Assembly (NCBI RefSeq): GCF_009914755.1
Contig: NC_060925.1
Source of the DNA: the human T2T-CHM13v2.0 reference genome, Homo sapiens
Length of the DNA stretch: 64,000 bases
Reading direction: 5' to 3' (one strand)
Each line of letters opens with the position of its first letter. Positions within the stretch are counted from its first letter, which is position 1. Made by a program: the position numbers and the translations under genes. Below the pieces are notes generated by a model, which was not told where the DNA came from, searched no databases, and saw nothing but the letters and a program-made list of their open reading frames with translations. Shown piece after piece: positions 57,160-64,000 of this stretch.

Positions 57160-57232
57160 CAGAGCTGGGAAGCATCACGAGAAGAAGGATGAGTGAGATG
57201 TGTGTGTTTGGACAAAGAGCAGTCCCTTTATA
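57160..57232 (-). promoter_or_regulatory. S100A7L2: S100A7L2 TATA box (57227-57232) and exon 1 (donor at 57159)
   Basis: Reverse-complement homologue of 33716-33787. Confidence 0.88.
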
Positions 57233-57926
57233 AGGCTCGGCCTGGCTCTTCCCAGGGGCTGGAAGGCCTAGAGCCACCTCTCCCATCTGTTTTTTGGAGC
57301 TTTGTCCCACATCAGATGGGTGGGACACACCCAGGAGGCTGTGCTCAGGATTTCTGGCCAGAATCCCAGGTCACCTGGTCCTACACCACCCCCAGAGATC
57401 TCACCTGGAGCCTTCTCTGTTCCAACCTAATCCAGGTCTGGGGCAGCCAGTGGATGTGTCAGATTAGGACAAGGAATGGGGGAGAGAACACTGGGACTCT
57501 GGATCAAAAGAGGATGGAATTTCAGACTCTAGAAGGAAGCATGGTCTCTGTTCATACATTCAGTTCTTTTACCTTTGAGATACCTAGAACTCTCACCACC
57601 ACTTACCCAGCATTTTGATCTCCCCAGCCTCGAGATCCCTGCTGTACATGAGTTTCTCTTTAGTCCTCACAACCCTCTGAGGTAGGTGCTGCTATCCCCA
57701 ATTAAGGAAAGAGGGAATTGAGATGTTAAGATTAAAGAAACAACCCAAGTTTACTCAGCTAGGTTCCCTCAGCCATCCTGAGCTGAGACATGGACCCATT
57801 CACAATGAAGAGTAAAGCACTCACTTTGCTTTATGTTGAAGATATAACAGTACATTTTTTTAAAAAGGGGTGGGGGACTCAGCTCACCTCAGGATGCTCA
57901 CACTTTAGAAGAAAAGAAGAAACAGA

Positions 57927-58120
57927 GGCTGAGCAGGGTGACTCATGACTGTGGTCCCAGCTACTTGTGAGGCTGAGGCAGGAGGATCACTTGAGCCAGA
58001 AGTTTAAGGCTACTGTGAGCTATAATCATGCCACTGCACTCCAGCCTCAAGGAAAGAATGACAACCTGTCTCAAAAAAAAAAAAAAAAAGAAAGAAAGAA
58101 AAGAAAAAAGAAAGAAAGAA

Positions 58121-58180
<60 letters not shown>

Positions 58181-58185
58181 AAACA
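57927..58185 (+). mobile_element. Partial Alu with (AAAG)n microsatellite tail (about 58090-58181)
   Basis: Alu arm followed by an A run and a long AAAG tetranucleotide array. Confidence 0.88.
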
Positions 58186-59033
58186 TAGAAAAAGAATAAA
58201 ATAGAATCTGTAGCTGCTAAAAGATGTACAGTGAGGCTGTGTCGACCCCAAGAAGAGAGCAGCAACTCTGGGGAGGAGAGGTGGACAGAGGAAAATCCAG
58301 CTGGAGGTGGTGCCTGAGTGTAGGCTGACACCTCCTGATCATCAGCCAAAGGAAGTGAAAACCAACCCAGATCCCAGCCATGAACAAACGCTCAAGGGCA
58401 GAAAAACACATAATGTCAGGACTGAGACAACTGTAACTAAAAAAGAAAAGAAAATCATAAAAATTTAAAACCCATATTTCGTGCCTGGGTATGAGGAGAA
58501 GGATGCATGGGGCTGGCACTAATAATGTGGCCAACTCAGTACCCAGACCGTTTTCAGAGCTCAATGCTCCCCAGTTTTGCTTCAGTGTTTATACTGCCCA
58601 GGGCCAGGAGGTGAGTCCCGCATGGTCGGAGCCACTCCTGACAGTCCTGTTCCTGCTCTGCCTGCCTCCCTGGCAACTACGACTGATCGTGTGTCCCACT
58701 CAGTTCCAGCCAAGGAAACTAAGTTCTGCTGGGTAGGGCACCTGGGAACTCTGTTTTCCTGGCTGAAGGGGACTGGGGCAGTTGGGGACAGGAACAGCTG
58801 GCCTAGCCCTGTGCTCCTCCCCTGCCCCCATGGCAGGGACCCCGGTGCTGGGCATAGAGCAGTCTATCAGATATTATTAGCTCTGATCAAGTCCCTGTGC
58901 AAGCCCTGCATGTCACACGTGCATGCCCTGCATGTCACACGAGCCCTCCTCTGGCTCCTAGCCAAGAACAATAGCATTCATCTGGCCTTCACCCTGTCCT
59001 CTGCTCTGTCACCTGCTCCATGCAAGGATTCTT

Positions 59034-60641
<1,608 letters not shown>

Positions 60642-61885
60642 TGAGGGAGGGCCTGACCTGCCCTCCACCCCATCAGGACACAGCTCCAGGGGGACTGCCC
60701 CATAGTATGGAGGGGTGGTTCTCTCTTAACCTCTCACTTTCTAGGAGGACAAACAGCACAGGTGACCCTCAAATCCGGGGCATGTGTCTGACACCCTCTG
60801 GGTGGCCCCACCTCGGTATAAAGAACCATCCTATGGTAGAAGAGTCCTAGATCACTTCTCCCATGGCCTGTGGAGACACTTGAGTGGGTCAAGTACAGCA
60901 GGAAGCTGCTGGGTCTCTGGTCCTCACTTCTCTTCAGTAATAAGCACTTTCCTGGAGATGGGAGAAGAAAGCACCTGCAGGTTACCCTCCCTCTCCAGGG
61001 GAAGGAGGATGGTGCAGCGGCTCATCCTCTATTCAAGCCCAGGTTGGCTGCATGTGGGCTGGAGAGTAGTGGTGGATCCCAAGTGTCAACAGGGTGCCTG
61101 GGTCATAGAAGCTCAGGACCTCAAGGAAGCCTCGATAGGAGGGAACACAGATGGGCTAACTCCACGCAGAGCGAATTGGCAAGGAACAAACCAAGAACTG
61201 GCTCTTCTCTTAAAGCTCACCTAACACCTAAAAGGAGAGAGATTCCTGCAGTGAGCAGTGCTCTGACGTCCCAGAGCCCTGTGGCTCTGTCTATGGTTCC
61301 CCCCAGAGACATTGCCACCCATATGTCCCCAGTCTACAGACTCAGAGAGTCTTCAAAATTCAGAGCTAAATGTGATGGGAGATCATCCAATCCTGACCCT
61401 CATTGTACACGTGGAGATGCTGAGGCCCAGAGAGGGGTGTGTCTCGTCCAAGGTGACACAGCTTAGGGTGGCACAGCTTGGTCTAGACCTGATTCCCAGC
61501 CCGTGACTGTTCCTCCTGCATGAGTGGGCAGCACAGCAGGCTGGAGAGTGAGCACTACCCAGGAGGAAGTGAAGGCATGGACCCCAAATCGCTAGCCTGA
61601 CTCAGAGCCGTGGAGGAGGCAGAGGAAGACCTGTGTAAAGAGTAGATCTGGGCAAAGGAACAGGACCTCCAGTGAGTCTCAGACCTGGCTAGGAGCCTCA
61701 GGCTGTGAAGCCTGGCCGTGGTCCACCACCCTCCCAGAGCATGGTGGCCCTGCCCAGCAATTCCCACCAGATGCCCAGGTCCTGAAGGATCTGCCCCACC
61801 CAGACAACTCATCTGAACCTTCTGTCCCATCGCCAGCCACATGAGGCTGTGCAGTAAAAGTGATAGGACCAGGGGTTAAAATTTC

Positions 61886-64000
<2,115 letters not shown>

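Noticed and set aside
58560-58945. Possible extra S100 exon 1/intron 1 relic (GAG|GTGAGT at 58611; gtgcaagccctgcatg shared with L2 intron 1)
   Set aside because: Only about a 20-bp match, no downstream S100 coding exon is recognisable, and the CWWG spacing does not fit a canonical p53/p63 site.

Overview
Human-type genomic DNA from the S100 cluster of the epidermal differentiation complex (1q21.3), recognised from the encoded proteins. Genes from left to right: S100A8 (-, intact, 93 aa); an orphan but still open last exon of S100A15A (-, the start-codon exon is missing); S100A7A/koebnerisin (+, intact, 101 aa, degenerate proximal poly(A) signal and long 3'UTR); an S100A7-like locus at 44.1-46.9 kb (-, S100A7P1-type); S100A7L2 (-, intact, 101 aa or 112 aa from an exon-1 ATG); and a second, clearly dead inverted copy of the P1-type locus at 61.9-64 kb (+). 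Repeats include a full-length decayed L1PA, a young 5'-inverted L1PA2-like insertion with a 17-bp TSD, older L1 fragments, an ERV env relic, solo LTRs, many Alus, and mini/microsatellites. Top observation: the P1-type 'pseudogene' splices by hand into an uninterrupted 96-codon S100A7-like ORF. It has a strong-Kozak ATG, compensating frameshifts and all four psoriasin Zn ligands, and its frame depends on an A11 run. Other notable points: S100A8 is bracketed by inverted and triplicated C/EBP-bearing modules, S100A7A and S100A7L2 exon 2 differ almost only by non-synonymous changes, and an MRE/E-box-dense minisatellite and a palindromic CTCF-like site are present. All alignments were done by eye, and repeat subfamily names are tentative.
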